Virus record (IMG/VR): IMGVR_UViG_3300035698_013740
Coordinates: 8,382-72,381 of that record
Source: a virus
Length of the DNA stretch: 64,000 nucleotides
Direction: 5' to 3' (one strand)
Shown here piece after piece: positions 1 through 9,724 of the stretch (position 1 is the first letter of the stretch; each line of letters begins with the position of its first letter). A program made the translations under genes and the position numbers. The notes under the pieces are model-generated. The model did not search any database. It saw only the letters and a list, made by a program, of their open reading frames with translations, and was not told where the DNA came from.

Positions 1-768
1 GAGAACATTTTGCCACAATCAATAATTCCAACGCAAATACCTAGAAAGGATAAAAAGTCAATAGATGGTTTAACCAAATTGAATCCTAGAGGAACTACGC
101 AATTACCTACTACTCCATTAGATCCATTAAATCCAAGATCTAGGACAGTATCTGTTGCACTTCCAGGTCCAGCATCTGATCCAATAAACGATTCAGTATT
201 TACAGACGATCCGTTATCTATTTCAATAGATGACACTGTTAATTTCAAAATCAAAGACGTCATAAATAATAAAACAATTCAGTTTAGATGTACTGTATCT
301 AATTTGACTGAATCTGGACAACCTTCTTGGAATCAAATAGATTATATTGGAAGGCCATATCCTGTATATGTTTATAAAGGAGTCACTAGATCAGTGACAT
401 TTGATTTTAAGGCGTATGCTAGTAATGAACGAGAGGTGCCAATAATATGGAGTAAAATAAATTACCTAGCAGGATTAATTCATCCAGCAGGATATACACA
501 GGGTGGATTTATGATTCCACCGTATATTGAATTTACAATAGGTGATTTATTTAAAAAGCAAATTGGATTCATATCTAGTTATAATAACTCAATTGCACCT
601 GAAGTTCCTTGGGAAGTCAGATCGGACAGGTTGAAGCTTCCACAAATGGCAGATATAAATTTGACAATAAATATAATTGAAAACGAATTAAAGAGTCCAT
701 ACGGTCCTAATCATAAATTATATGGTTTTGATCCTACGTACGCAATACCTAATCCGGGCACCAAATAA
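1..768 (+). CDS. Putative baseplate/tail tube-initiator-like structural protein, probably 5'-truncated by the window edge
   Basis: Frame is open from base 1. Motifs YIGRPYPVYVYKGVTRSVTFDF, PPYIEFTIGDLF and PWE resemble contractile-tail tube/baseplate proteins; adjacent to a LysM wedge gene. Confidence 0.6.
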   Translation, partial: ENILPQSIIPTQIPRKDKKSIDGLTKLNPRGTTQLPTTPLDPLNPRSRTVSVALPGPASDPINDSVFTDDPLSISIDDTVNFKIKDVINNKTIQFRCTVSNLTESGQPSWNQIDYIGRPYPVYVYKGVTRSVTFDFKAYASNEREVPIIWSKINYLAGLIHPAGYTQGGFMIPPYIEFTIGDLFKKQIGFISSYNNSIAPEVPWEVRSDRLKLPQMADINLTINIIENELKSPYGPNHKLYGFDPTYAIPNPGTK

Positions 769-770
769 TT

Positions 771-1073
771 ATGGCACGATATTCAACACAACCTATTAAG
801 AAAACCATCAATGGAAAGAGAACTCTAACTACTACTAGATATCCAAAAATTCCAAATAGAATTTCTGACGTATATGTAGTAGCAACAGACGGCGATCGTT
901 TAGATATTCTAGCTCACCAGTTTTACGGAAGAGTAGATTATTGGTGGATTATTGCTTCTGCAAACAATGTAGGTAAGGCATCATTACACATAACAGAAGG
1001 GCTTCAACTTAGAATTCCAAAGGAAACTGACGCAATTATTCAAGAATTTAATCGGTTAAACAATGTCACTTAA
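771..1073 (+). CDS. LysM/tail-X-like baseplate wedge protein (gp53-like)
   Basis: GDRLDILAHQFYG..WWIIASAN..GLQLRIP LysM-type pattern. Confidence 0.8.
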   Translation: MARYSTQPIKKTINGKRTLTTTRYPKIPNRISDVYVVATDGDRLDILAHQFYGRVDYWWIIASANNVGKASLHITEGLQLRIPKETDAIIQEFNRLNNVT

Positions 1074-4000
1074 CAGACATAAAACATTTTCAAATAATGT
1101 AGCACATGAATTTAAGAGAAGAGAAAACGATTTTGGAGTCTCTAAACAATCTAGTACCTCCCAGGCTACACTGGCTTCACCAATAAATGATGAGCAAGAT
1201 AACAAATGGAATGGTACTGGAGGTCGTACTGTATGGTCTAGAGTGTCTTCAGGAGTAATTGGTTATAGACGAGACGATTCCAATAACAGGGAATCTCTAG
1301 AAAAGAGTTCTATTGACAGTTTGGGTGGAATAAAAACAATATCTACTAGAATTGATGGAGATCCAAAAGAAAATGAAATAAACGGAATAGTATTAGAAAC
1401 CAATTATAAAGCAGAAGACATGTATGGAATTAACCCATATCCTGGATTCAGATCTATTGCAAAGGTTTTATTTAATAAAGATTCTACATCAAATCTGCTA
1501 AACAGCAACAACAATCTTCAAATATTCTCAGATAGAGGACAGCCTGGTCCAGTTTTAGAATCAATTTCTATAAATCACCAAGGATCTTGGGGAATGATTA
1601 AAGAAGCAGACGTTACATGGAGAGCATTTAGCCAAGAACAGTTTGAAACGCTTTCTCATTTTTTATGTAATGTTCAAAAAACAGTAGTTGTGGAGTATGG
1701 TTGGTCTTCACACAGGAAGCCTACACTAGATCTAAGCGATATAGAAAAGGTGAAATACCTTCAGTCTAACCAAATTATGGCCTTAGTTAAAAAGGATAAT
1801 GAAAATTTTTATGAATCTGAAAAACAATTTATTGAATCATCTAGGCAGCTAGGAACTGCATCTCAAAATAACAATGATTTAGATTTTGAATCACTTACTC
1901 CATACGAAATAGAACAGGAGCGAAGAGGAGCAGATTACGATGTGTTTATTGGAATCATAAAAAACTTTGTCGTTCAAATAGAAGATGGTGCGTACGTTGT
2001 TACTACAAAATTGGTTTCTATGTCTCCTGCAGTTATTTCTTCTAGAAATTCAATTAATAACTATTTTGAAACTAGGTTTAATACAGATATAGATCACCTT
2101 AGATTAAATAAGGATCCTAGAGTTTGGTATAAACCATCTAGTTTAATTTCACCGACGTTTTCTAGCAATTCAGATGCTACTGTTCAAGAAGAAATAACTC
2201 AAACTGATTTATCAAAGATAGAAGATTTTTGGAAAATAATGAGAAATCCAGAAGGTCATATTTTCTATAACAAGTCTAGGGCAGTTTTTGAATTGCAGCC
2301 AGAAAACAGATTTCGTTCTACAGGATTAGAAGATCATAGGTGGCACTTATACACCCCAGAATTTATTACAGATTTACAATATGTAACTGATTTAGAATTG
2401 AAACGCGCATTGATTAGGGGTGGAAAATTATTAAAGAATTGGAAGCAAGTGGAGCCTGATGTTGTAAACCCAGATGGAGTTACCATTGGACTTATCTTTG
2501 GAGCAGTATTGGGTGGAATTGCTGGAGGCCCAGGTGGAGTTCTCATAGGTGGTGGAATTGGAGCAGCAACAGGTGAAGCAATGTCTACCTTTGCTAAGGA
2601 AATAGATAATTCCTTTGATGAAAGAAATTGGCAAGATATTAGGATATTTATTCAAAAAATAGCAGAATTATCAGGAGTAAGCATAACTGGTAAATTGCTA
2701 GAAGTATTTTCTAGACGATACCCTGCACCCATATTACATTTTGATTATCCAGAAATAGATCCATATAAATGGCTGGATCCATTAATGGATCAAATTAGAT
2801 ATGTATTAGAACGGCAGCATAGGCAGTATCTAGGTATGAGTAAAATACCACCATTTATTCCAGGTGCGATAGATGAGCCACAAGATAAAGGAAAGTTAGA
2901 ATACGATATTAATTTTGGAGATCCAACATACAATACAGTTGGCAATAGGGGATCTATAATTGAAAAGGTATACAATTACATTAAAGTTCATTTAAGTGAA
3001 AACTCATCTGGACGCGCATACTTAGATAATGGCATTCAGTTTGGAACAGATTTTGCGTTCAATGCAGTTAGGGATGTATTTAACCCGTTTACTGATTATA
3101 GATCTCCTAGATTAGATTTACGAGGTGGTAAAGGAAAAGGAATTGGATCTGATAGAGAAACTGAAATAACATTAGCAAGATTTGCAGCAATTCAACATCA
3201 TCTAGGAACAATAGATGCACCTAACGTAGATATTGGAAACGATAGCACATTTTCTCTGTTATCTAGAGACAAAAAACTAGAACGCCATTCATATTCCTTC
3301 ATTACTTGGGGATTATTAGAAGAACTGCTAAACGCTCAGTTTGTTTCTAAAACTTCTAAATTTTTAAAATTAGATTCAAGCACAACAAAAATCAGATTTC
3401 ATGAAAATTTAATTTCAACTGATGGTGATGTGTGTATACTTCCAAATAAAAACGCACCAAGATTTGATAAGGGAATATTAGTAGATGGGTCTAGATACGA
3501 TTTATCTATAAATGGAATTTCACATAGAGACGTAGGAAACGACACATCTGGAAAACTAGAAGAAGATGAAGCTTGGTTGTATTCAATATTTGTTAGTACG
3601 GATTTGATTAAATCTGTATTTGGAAAAACAGAAACAATGAAGGATGCATTAAGGGAACTCTTAGATTATATTAGCGGAGCACTAATAGACAACTATGAAT
3701 TTAGAATAGATCAGAGAGGATCTACTGCAAGTGTTGTAGATGTTGCGTATTCTAAATACGATAGCTCTACTGAGCGATATAGATTTAAATTCAATCAAGC
3801 CACATCTTTTATTAGAAATATTGATTCCGATATAAGTCACACTACACAAACGCAAATGCAAGCGATTTACGGAATGCATAGTGATAAAGATAACAACATA
3901 TATGGTCCTTTCGAATCTAGCATCACCCCAATTGTCTCCAAGGGTAAGGATAACTTAGATCTATTTGCACAAGATTTAATTGAAAGCGATGAATCTGATA

Positions 4001-4377
4001 CCGTTCAGAATAATACAGATAAGCTAGATAGCAAGCCAGGCGATGGACATTTTGGTAATTTTTGGATTAACCACGAATCGGGATGGGCTAATTATGTATA
4101 TCCTGACAAAGAAACCATAGTGAAACATATTTACGGTCTAGATGTTAATAGTGAACCAATTAACTCAGGAACTACCATACCGAATCTATCAGTTAGTATA
4201 ACGTTAGATGGAATTAGTGGAATCAGATATTGGGATGCATTTAACATAGATTACATACCTGCAATTTATAATGAACAAGGATTTTTCTTTGTCACATCAA
4301 TAAATCAGTCTATAGTAGCAGGAGATTGGGTAACAACAATAATTGGAAACTATAGATTAAAATCGGTATCTAGATAA
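1063..4377 (+). CDS. Large structural protein, probable baseplate hub
   Basis: 1104 aa. N-terminal VVVEYGWS and C-terminal LSVSITLDGISGIRYWDAFNIDYIP..FFVTSINQSIVAGDWVTTI resemble hub proteins; baseplate context. Confidence 0.55.
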   Translation: MSLNRHKTFSNNVAHEFKRRENDFGVSKQSSTSQATLASPINDEQDNKWNGTGGRTVWSRVSSGVIGYRRDDSNNRESLEKSSIDSLGGIKTISTRIDGDPKENEINGIVLETNYKAEDMYGINPYPGFRSIAKVLFNKDSTSNLLNSNNNLQIFSDRGQPGPVLESISINHQGSWGMIKEADVTWRAFSQEQFETLSHFLCNVQKTVVVEYGWSSHRKPTLDLSDIEKVKYLQSNQIMALVKKDNENFYESEKQFIESSRQLGTASQNNNDLDFESLTPYEIEQERRGADYDVFIGIIKNFVVQIEDGAYVVTTKLVSMSPAVISSRNSINNYFETRFNTDIDHLRLNKDPRVWYKPSSLISPTFSSNSDATVQEEITQTDLSKIEDFWKIMRNPEGHIFYNKSRAVFELQPENRFRSTGLEDHRWHLYTPEFITDLQYVTDLELKRALIRGGKLLKNWKQVEPDVVNPDGVTIGLIFGAVLGGIAGGPGGVLIGGGIGAATGEAMSTFAKEIDNSFDERNWQDIRIFIQKIAELSGVSITGKLLEVFSRRYPAPILHFDYPEIDPYKWLDPLMDQIRYVLERQHRQYLGMSKIPPFIPGAIDEPQDKGKLEYDINFGDPTYNTVGNRGSIIEKVYNYIKVHLSENSSGRAYLDNGIQFGTDFAFNAVRDVFNPFTDYRSPRLDLRGGKGKGIGSDRETEITLARFAAIQHHLGTIDAPNVDIGNDSTFSLLSRDKKLERHSYSFITWGLLEELLNAQFVSKTSKFLKLDSSTTKIRFHENLISTDGDVCILPNKNAPRFDKGILVDGSRYDLSINGISHRDVGNDTSGKLEEDEAWLYSIFVSTDLIKSVFGKTETMKDALRELLDYISGALIDNYEFRIDQRGSTASVVDVAYSKYDSSTERYRFKFNQATSFIRNIDSDISHTTQTQMQAIYGMHSDKDNNIYGPFESSITPIVSKGKDNLDLFAQDLIESDESDTVQNNTDKLDSKPGDGHFGNFWINHESGWANYVYPDKETIVKHIYGLDVNSEPINSGTTIPNLSVSITLDGISGIRYWDAFNIDYIPAIYNEQGFFFVTSINQSIVAGDWVTTIIGNYRLKSVSR

Positions 4378-4793
4378 TGTCAATATCAGAATATAATAAG
4401 CTTACACGTATAGATAGTTCACTCTATGCAAGAATTCCTAAGTCAGAAAGAAACTTTTCTACTGACAAGGATGTATTAAAAGGATGGTTTCATAGATACT
4501 TTATGTCCAATTCAAATGGAAAGGATTTAGTAAGAGAAGTATCCAAGAAAACGTATTTTCAATTTATTGATAATCCGTTTTGGATTGGAGTTATTCTTAA
4601 ATGGAATATAGTCAATAATGAGGCAAGAGAGTTGAATTTAAACCAAATACGCATGGGACTGAGAACTATAAACGATTTAGATGTATTGCTACCAAACTTA
4701 TTAGAATATCATAGATCTGGGGAGTATGTGAGCACAGGAGTACTTACTCCATCCACAACCCAAGTATCACCATTGCAAATATTTGATAAATGA
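4377..4793 (+). CDS. Hypothetical phage protein
   Basis: 138-aa ORF coupled to both neighbours (TAATG, ATGA overlaps). Confidence 0.65.
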   Translation: MSISEYNKLTRIDSSLYARIPKSERNFSTDKDVLKGWFHRYFMSNSNGKDLVREVSKKTYFQFIDNPFWIGVILKWNIVNNEARELNLNQIRMGLRTINDLDVLLPNLLEYHRSGEYVSTGVLTPSTTQVSPLQIFDK

Positions 4794-6142
4794 TAACAAC
4801 TATAACTAACGAAACCTTTGGTAGTTTTTTACGTAGATGGCAAAACGATGAATGTTTTGTAGATTTTGTATTATCTGATAGCGAACTACATCCTAGAAAT
4901 AATTCTATATCTTTGATTTTAATTAAATTTATAGATGACGGGGATACGTTTGTACTTCCAATAAATCATAATGAAGCAAATAACGTAAACATAGATTTGT
5001 TATTAATGCTCAGAAGTTCTAACACTGCAAAATACGTTTTAGAAAAAAAGAAAATTAACCATGCGTTTTCACTAAGGGGAAATGTAATTGATGTTTCCTT
5101 AAGTAGATATATAATGGATGGATCCACAACAGAATATGATCTCCATTATACAAAGTCCCATACTCACATATACTCTACTCAATATAAGTATAAAAACTTA
5201 AATAGGGCAATACCTGTTTTAAAGTGGGTAGAATGGTTTGAATCCGTATACGAAGAAATTTATCCATACCTTAAAGATATAAAGGTAAATTCGTTTTACA
5301 ACATAAGCTTTTTGAATACTCTATCTATTATAGAGCGAAATGGATTATTTGTAAATCCTAATAAATTCACAGGATCAGATAAGCATATTTCAAAACAAGG
5401 ATTGGTACATACCGAGTACAATCCATTTACCTCCACAGGTCGACCTTCTAATAGATTTGGCGGAGTTAATTTTTCTGGTCTTTCTAAGAGAGATAAATCT
5501 AGAGACGCATATGTTAGTAGATTTGAAGATAACGGAGAAATGGTATTGTTTGATTTTTCTGCATATCATCCGCATTTATTAGCAAAGTTAATTCAATACA
5601 AACTGCCAGAAGGCAATGTATATGAATGGCTAGGTAAACAATATTTTGATAAATCTGAATTAACTGACGATGAAATTGAAGAAGCAAAAATAAAGACATT
5701 TCAGTATTTCTATGGTGGATTTGATAAGAGTACATCATCTATTCCATATTGTGCAAAAATCATAGAGTTTACTGATACACTGTGGGAATACGGAAATGTC
5801 AAGGGATACATTTCATCTCCAGTATCTAAGAGAAAAATTCATTTAGATTTGATTAATGATATAACTAAGCAAAAGCTTCTTAATTATTTACTTCAGTTAT
5901 ATGAAACTGAAATGAACATCCTGGTAATGAATAGATTGAATTCGATATTATCTGGTAAATCAAGTAAATTGGTTTTATATACATATGATTCGTTCCTATT
6001 TGATATAAACAAATCAGAAAATGAAAATGGGCAATTGTTAGATCTAATTGTACAAGAATTAAATCCATCTGGACTATTTCCAGTTAGAGGATACAAGGGA
6101 AAATCGTATGGAAAATTAAAACAAATAGAACTAGAAAGATAG
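4790..6142 (+). CDS. Divergent family A DNA polymerase-like protein
   Basis: TSTGRPSN, motif A LFDFSAYHPHLLA, motif B AKIKTFQYFYGG, NYLLQ, motif C YTYDSFLFD. Confidence 0.8.
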   Translation: MITTITNETFGSFLRRWQNDECFVDFVLSDSELHPRNNSISLILIKFIDDGDTFVLPINHNEANNVNIDLLLMLRSSNTAKYVLEKKKINHAFSLRGNVIDVSLSRYIMDGSTTEYDLHYTKSHTHIYSTQYKYKNLNRAIPVLKWVEWFESVYEEIYPYLKDIKVNSFYNISFLNTLSIIERNGLFVNPNKFTGSDKHISKQGLVHTEYNPFTSTGRPSNRFGGVNFSGLSKRDKSRDAYVSRFEDNGEMVLFDFSAYHPHLLAKLIQYKLPEGNVYEWLGKQYFDKSELTDDEIEEAKIKTFQYFYGGFDKSTSSIPYCAKIIEFTDTLWEYGNVKGYISSPVSKRKIHLDLINDITKQKLLNYLLQLYETEMNILVMNRLNSILSGKSSKLVLYTYDSFLFDINKSENENGQLLDLIVQELNPSGLFPVRGYKGKSYGKLKQIELER

Positions 6143-6168
6143 TTATAGTACAATAGATAAGGAAAATT

Positions 6169-6798
6169 ATGAAATACGACGCATATTTTAGCGCTGCTTT
6201 ATCAACTACTACATTTTTGGCTAAAGTAGGGTTTGAGCCAGTAGATTTATCTAAGAGTATCCATAGAGACGCTCTTAAGGAATCTCTCAAAGAAATTGGT
6301 ACTCCTGATGATGTAATATACGAATTGATTCAAAACGTATTAGATCTGCTATACGAAGATGAAGATAAGGGAAGCGGTAGTGCTAGAGCACAACGAGATA
6401 AATTAGGACTTAAGCACATTGCATATGGTTTTTATTCTAAATCTGGAAAACAACCAGTTGAATTTAAGCGTGATGGTGATAAGTTTGTACAATCCAACGA
6501 TTCAGAATATGAAAAAATTGCAAATGATCGTGGTGAAGATGGTAAGGATAGTGCTCCAGTTAAACAAGATTCTACACCCAACGATTCTACACCTTCTACC
6601 GATAATGTTTCTACAGGCGAAGACGGAGAAGGTGAAGAGCAACCCCCAAATATTGTAGCAACACCACGCCCTGGAAATAGTAAAGAAGCAAAACGAGCAG
6701 CTGCATATGGATCAGTTGCAGCTGAGCTAGCAGTTAAGTACGTTGAAGATACAAAAGAACGTGAAAAACTAGAAGCAGAAGACAAAGAAGGTTTATAA
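6169..6798 (+). CDS. Hypothetical protein with acidic low-complexity C-terminus
   Basis: 209-aa ORF, same strand as neighbours. Confidence 0.65.
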   Translation: MKYDAYFSAALSTTTFLAKVGFEPVDLSKSIHRDALKESLKEIGTPDDVIYELIQNVLDLLYEDEDKGSGSARAQRDKLGLKHIAYGFYSKSGKQPVEFKRDGDKFVQSNDSEYEKIANDRGEDGKDSAPVKQDSTPNDSTPSTDNVSTGEDGEGEEQPPNIVATPRPGNSKEAKRAAAYGSVAAELAVKYVEDTKEREKLEAEDKEGL

Positions 6799-6812
6799 CT
6801 CCTTTCGAGATG

Positions 6813-6840
6813 TTGTTGTGTATTTATATGTACACAACAA
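6813..6840 (+). promoter_or_regulatory. Perfect 10-bp hairpin overlapping a TATTTATA motif, upstream of the GIY-YIG ORF
   Basis: TTGTTGTGTA (6813-6822) / TACACAACAA (6831-6840); TATTTATA at 6821-6828. Confidence 0.55.
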
Positions 6841-6852
6841 ATTTAGGAGACT

Positions 6853-7128
6853 ACGATCAAAAGCCAGTTTCAAATTTACAAAACTACAAATGTAGTTAAT
6901 GGTAAACAATATATAGGACTATCTGCACAAGGTAATAAAAATTATTTTGGATCAGGTAGATTAATAGAAAAGGCAATACGGAAATACGGTAAATCTTCAT
7001 TTACAAAAGAAATTTTAGATGAAACTACTGATGAAGTATATGCCAATGAATTAGAAAGACACTACATTGAAAGTCATAATGCTATAAAAAGATGGCATTT
7101 TGATAATTGTAAGTGGAGACGTAATTGA
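6853..7128 (+). pseudogene. Minimal/degenerate GIY-YIG (Seg-like) homing endonuclease without canonical start codon
   Basis: Translates as (T)IKSQFQIYKTTNVVNGKQYIGLS..NYFGSGRLIEKAIRKYGKSSFTKEILD..NELERHYI..KRWHFDNCKWRRN*; begins ACG/ATC after an in-frame TAG at 6844; absent from the ORF track. Confidence 0.75.
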
Positions 7129-7517
7129 AATCGCAATTGTTATGCACCTTCACTTCAAGAAATTTACTAGAAACAGTATTATCAGAGATTCAATATTCGT
7201 ACGACCTAATATTTAGCCATTTGTTTATTCTTCAAAATAAGTTAAATGAGGAGGAACTTTTTTGCACATACAATGTACATAACGATACAAATTATCGACA
7301 TCCTGATCTAAATACGATTCTAGTTCATCGAAAGAGACAAACTAATACGTTATATACGATCAACGCCCTGAATGAGTTGGTTAGGATGGAGACTGGAAGA
7401 GTAAGTCGCAGTCATGTTGTCCCATGGGAAGAGCACAGAAATAGTGTGCTGTTATTGGATAGCAATGGTCTACGCAAGGTATCAACTAAGGTATTTGAAA
7501 TTATCAATATCGATTAA
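7125..7517 (+). CDS. Hypothetical phage protein
   Basis: 130 aa, TTG start overlapping the previous stop; HRKRQTNTLYTINALN segment. Confidence 0.7.
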   Translation: MKSQLLCTFTSRNLLETVLSEIQYSYDLIFSHLFILQNKLNEEELFCTYNVHNDTNYRHPDLNTILVHRKRQTNTLYTINALNELVRMETGRVSRSHVVPWEEHRNSVLLLDSNGLRKVSTKVFEIINID

Positions 7518-7681
7518 TCTAAAAAAACATAGAAAATTTTGCGATAATTATATCTAAATGACGCTCGCAATTTCTAAGTTTATTTTAGCAAATGATGGCA
7601 AAAGACTATGGTACTTAATATTTATCTGTACTATTAAACGCTAAACACTTAAACACGTAAACAACGAGGAAAGACACCAAT

Positions 7682-8575
7682 ATGAATATTGATGCATTAA
7701 AAAAGAAGTTAACCAATCTTAAAAAAACTGGTAATAACGACGTATTCAAATTAGAATATGGATCACAAACAGTAAGGATTGTTCCTTACAAATTTAATTC
7801 TGATGATCCATTTACAGAGTTGCAATTTCATTACAACATCCAAAAGAAAACCTATTTATCTCCACAGACTTATGGGAGACCAGATCCGATAGCTGAATTT
7901 GGAGAAGCTTTGCGAAATGAAGGCAAAGACGGATGGAAAAAGGCAAAACCATTTCTTCCTAAATTGAGAACATACGTTCCTGTAATTGTAAGGGGAGAAG
8001 AAGACAAAGGAGTTCGTTTTTGGTCATTTGGAAAAACTGTATTATTGGAACTGTTAGCAATTGTTGCAGACCCAGAATATGGTGATATTTCAAGTGTATT
8101 GGAAGGGACTGATTTGAAGGTAGAGTATGAGTCACCAGAAGATGCTGGACAAATGTATCCAAAAACTTCTGTGAGACCTGCTAGAAAGGCTTCTAAACTA
8201 AGCGACGATCCTAAGTTAGTTAAAAAATGGCTAAAAGATCAGAAAAACTTAGAAGAAATGTTTACTGAACTATCATATGATGAGTTGGAAGAAATTTTAG
8301 AAAATTGGGTTAATCCTAAAAATTCTAAAAAGAATAACGACGATGATGATGACGATGATGGTGATGACGATGATGGTGACGATGATGGTGATGAAGAAAC
8401 AAAACCTAAGAAGTCTAAGAAGTCTAAAAAGGACAAAAAAGGTAAGAAGTCTAAGAAATCTAAGAAAAGTGATGCTCCTTGGAAAGAGGAAGATGACGAT
8501 GATGACGACGATGACGAAAACCTAGACGACGACGAATTCACAAAAGAATTCTCAGAAGTATTTGAAACCGAGTAA
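7682..8575 (+). CDS. Single-stranded DNA-binding protein (gp32-like)
   Basis: TVRIVPY..FHY..PDPIAEF..GVRFWSFGKTV..YGDI..GTDLKV; acidic tail; precedes RecA. Confidence 0.8.
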   Translation: MNIDALKKKLTNLKKTGNNDVFKLEYGSQTVRIVPYKFNSDDPFTELQFHYNIQKKTYLSPQTYGRPDPIAEFGEALRNEGKDGWKKAKPFLPKLRTYVPVIVRGEEDKGVRFWSFGKTVLLELLAIVADPEYGDISSVLEGTDLKVEYESPEDAGQMYPKTSVRPARKASKLSDDPKLVKKWLKDQKNLEEMFTELSYDELEEILENWVNPKNSKKNNDDDDDDDGDDDDGDDDGDEETKPKKSKKSKKDKKGKKSKKSKKSDAPWKEEDDDDDDDDENLDDDEFTKEFSEVFETE

Positions 8576-8581
8576 GTATAT

Positions 8582-9721
8582 ATGGCAAAGAAGAAATCTA
8601 GCAAACCTATTGACGGGAGCTTAGAAGAAACACTTGCCGATAGTCTTAATTCGTTATTCGAAGGTCAAAAAGTGGCGTATACTCTAGATGAGTTAGATGC
8701 GCCAACCCACGTATCCGATTGGATATCTACTGGTGATTCAATATTGGACATCAAGATATCCAATCGTCGATACGGTGGAGTGCCTGTTGGAAGAATAACT
8801 GAAATTACAGGATTAGAGCAAAGTGGCAAATCATTAGTATCTGCGCATTTATTGGCAAATACTCAAAAGAAAGGTGGAGTAGCTGTTCTCATTGATACTG
8901 AGATGGCAGTTAGTAGGGAATTTTTTAGAGCAATAGGTGTAGACACTAAGAATTTAATTCTAGTAAATGCAGATACTGTTGAAGAAATCTTCTCATACAT
9001 AGAAAATACAATTGAACAGATACGTAGCACGGTAGATAATTCTAGATTTGTAACTATCGTTGTAGATTCTGTTGCTGCAGCTTCAACCGAACAGGAATTA
9101 GCTTCAGATTATGGTAAAGATGGTTATGCAACAGGCAAAGCAATTATCATAAGTAAGGCATTAAGAAAAATTACTAATATGATTGGAAGGCAAAGAATTA
9201 CTCTAGTCTTCACTAATCAACTTAGAATGAAAATGAATGCACCAGCATTTGCAGATCCATACACTACATCAGGTGGAAAGGGTTTACAGTTTCATTCATC
9301 AGTAAGACTTAGGCTAAAAAAGAAAGCTAAGCTAAAAACAAAAATCAAAGGAAATGATGTTGTATCTGGAATTAAGGTTCAAGCTGTAGTAGTTAAAAAC
9401 AGATTAGGACCTCCTGAAGGATTCTGTGACTTTGAAATTAACTTCAATAGCGGCATTGATGAATATGCTTCTTGGCTTAAGGTAATTAAAGATTACAAAA
9501 TTGTCAAAAAGAAAGGATCATATTCAGTATATGATCATATAGATAAAGATACCGGAGAGGTATTAGAATCATGGCAATTTCAAACTGATGATTTTAAGGC
9601 AAGAATGAAATCAGATCCAATAATCAGAGATGCAATATATAATGAAATCTGTGATGAGATGATTATGAAATATGACGAAGGTGATGCAGAAGGTGAAGCA
9701 TCAGAATTAGAGTTGGCATGA
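8582..9721 (+). CDS. recA: RecA/UvsX recombinase
   Basis: GRITEITGLEQSGKS Walker A, IDTE, IVVDSVAA, FTNQLR, TTSGGKGLQFHSSVRL, VVKNRLGPP. Confidence 0.92.
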   Translation: MAKKKSSKPIDGSLEETLADSLNSLFEGQKVAYTLDELDAPTHVSDWISTGDSILDIKISNRRYGGVPVGRITEITGLEQSGKSLVSAHLLANTQKKGGVAVLIDTEMAVSREFFRAIGVDTKNLILVNADTVEEIFSYIENTIEQIRSTVDNSRFVTIVVDSVAAASTEQELASDYGKDGYATGKAIIISKALRKITNMIGRQRITLVFTNQLRMKMNAPAFADPYTTSGGKGLQFHSSVRLRLKKKAKLKTKIKGNDVVSGIKVQAVVVKNRLGPPEGFCDFEINFNSGIDEYASWLKVIKDYKIVKKKGSYSVYDHIDKDTGEVLESWQFQTDDFKARMKSDPIIRDAIYNEICDEMIMKYDEGDAEGEASELELA

Positions 9722-9724
9722 TCC

